This document shows positions 63,709 through 64,000 of a DNA stretch of 64,000 nucleotides, piece by piece. Below the pieces are notes generated by a model that did not search any database, was not told the DNA's origin, and worked only from the letters and a program-made list of their open reading frames with translations. Within the stretch, counting starts at the first letter, position 1. Each line of letters begins with the position of its first letter. The stretch comes from Malacoraja senta. Its lineage: Eukaryota. Where the stretch lies: positions 1-64,000 of the forward strand of contig JAXLNO010000161.1 of NCBI GenBank assembly GCA_038087875.1. The letters are read 5' to 3'. Both the position numbers and the translations under genes were made by a program.

Positions 63709-64000
63709 GGTTTAGGAGCGTTGCTGTGGACGGAGAGTCAGGAACGTGAGCAGACATTGATGGTGGCCAGGGTGCCGGTGCCCCCCCCCCCCCGCATCTG
63801 CTTGGTTTGCGGGCTGAGCTTCGATGGAGGGGCACAACAAGGAGAAGCGTTATGTGTGTGAAATGTGTGGCAAGTCCTGGCAGTACCCGAGCGAGGTGGA
63901 GGCCCACCGGCGGGTGCACACGGGAGAACGCCCCTTCGACTGCTTGGAGTGCGGCAAGTACTTCACCCGATCCAGCAGCCTGCTGCGGCACAACCGCGGG
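63709..64000 (+). pseudogene. Start of a second C2H2 ZNF exon, paralogous to 4408-3002; runs off the window
   Basis: Acceptor [54 protein letters not shown]; lacks the xxDHMT start segment present in the other copy. Functional status unknown. Confidence 0.75.

Overview
Repeat-dense vertebrate DNA, very probably from a cartilaginous fish (skate/ray type). That inference rests on the CR1/HER1 LINEs, an HE1-type V-SINE, Penelope-derived repeats and elasmobranch-style ZNF and NLR exons. There are two 200-N gaps (21411-21610, 47944-48143). Host-gene material: a damaged C2H2 zinc-finger exon with an inverted partial duplicate and a paralogue at the far end of the window; exons 1-2 of a very G-rich IFFO1-like intermediate-filament gene; and two orphan terminal LRR exons of an NLR pseudogene. 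Mobile DNA: three copies of one Ty3/gypsy family, a near-intact full-length L1, Rex1/Babar, L2, many CR1s, Helitron-type elements, and PIF/Harbinger, hAT and THAP-bearing non-autonomous elements. The main finding is a 3.26-kb tandem duplication that fuses IFFO-like exon 1 (coil 1A plus a decapeptide repeat) in frame to gypsy RNase H-integrase, giving an open 908-aa chimera with HHCC and DDE motifs intact. Other findings: about 13 Penelope-type minimal hammerhead motifs, a Helitron-associated array of 23-aa STPR repeats, a gypsy deletion that appears to record a tRNA-primer strand-transfer error, and a palindrome-of-palindromes built from THAP exons. All family assignments come from motif recognition by eye; no database search was run.
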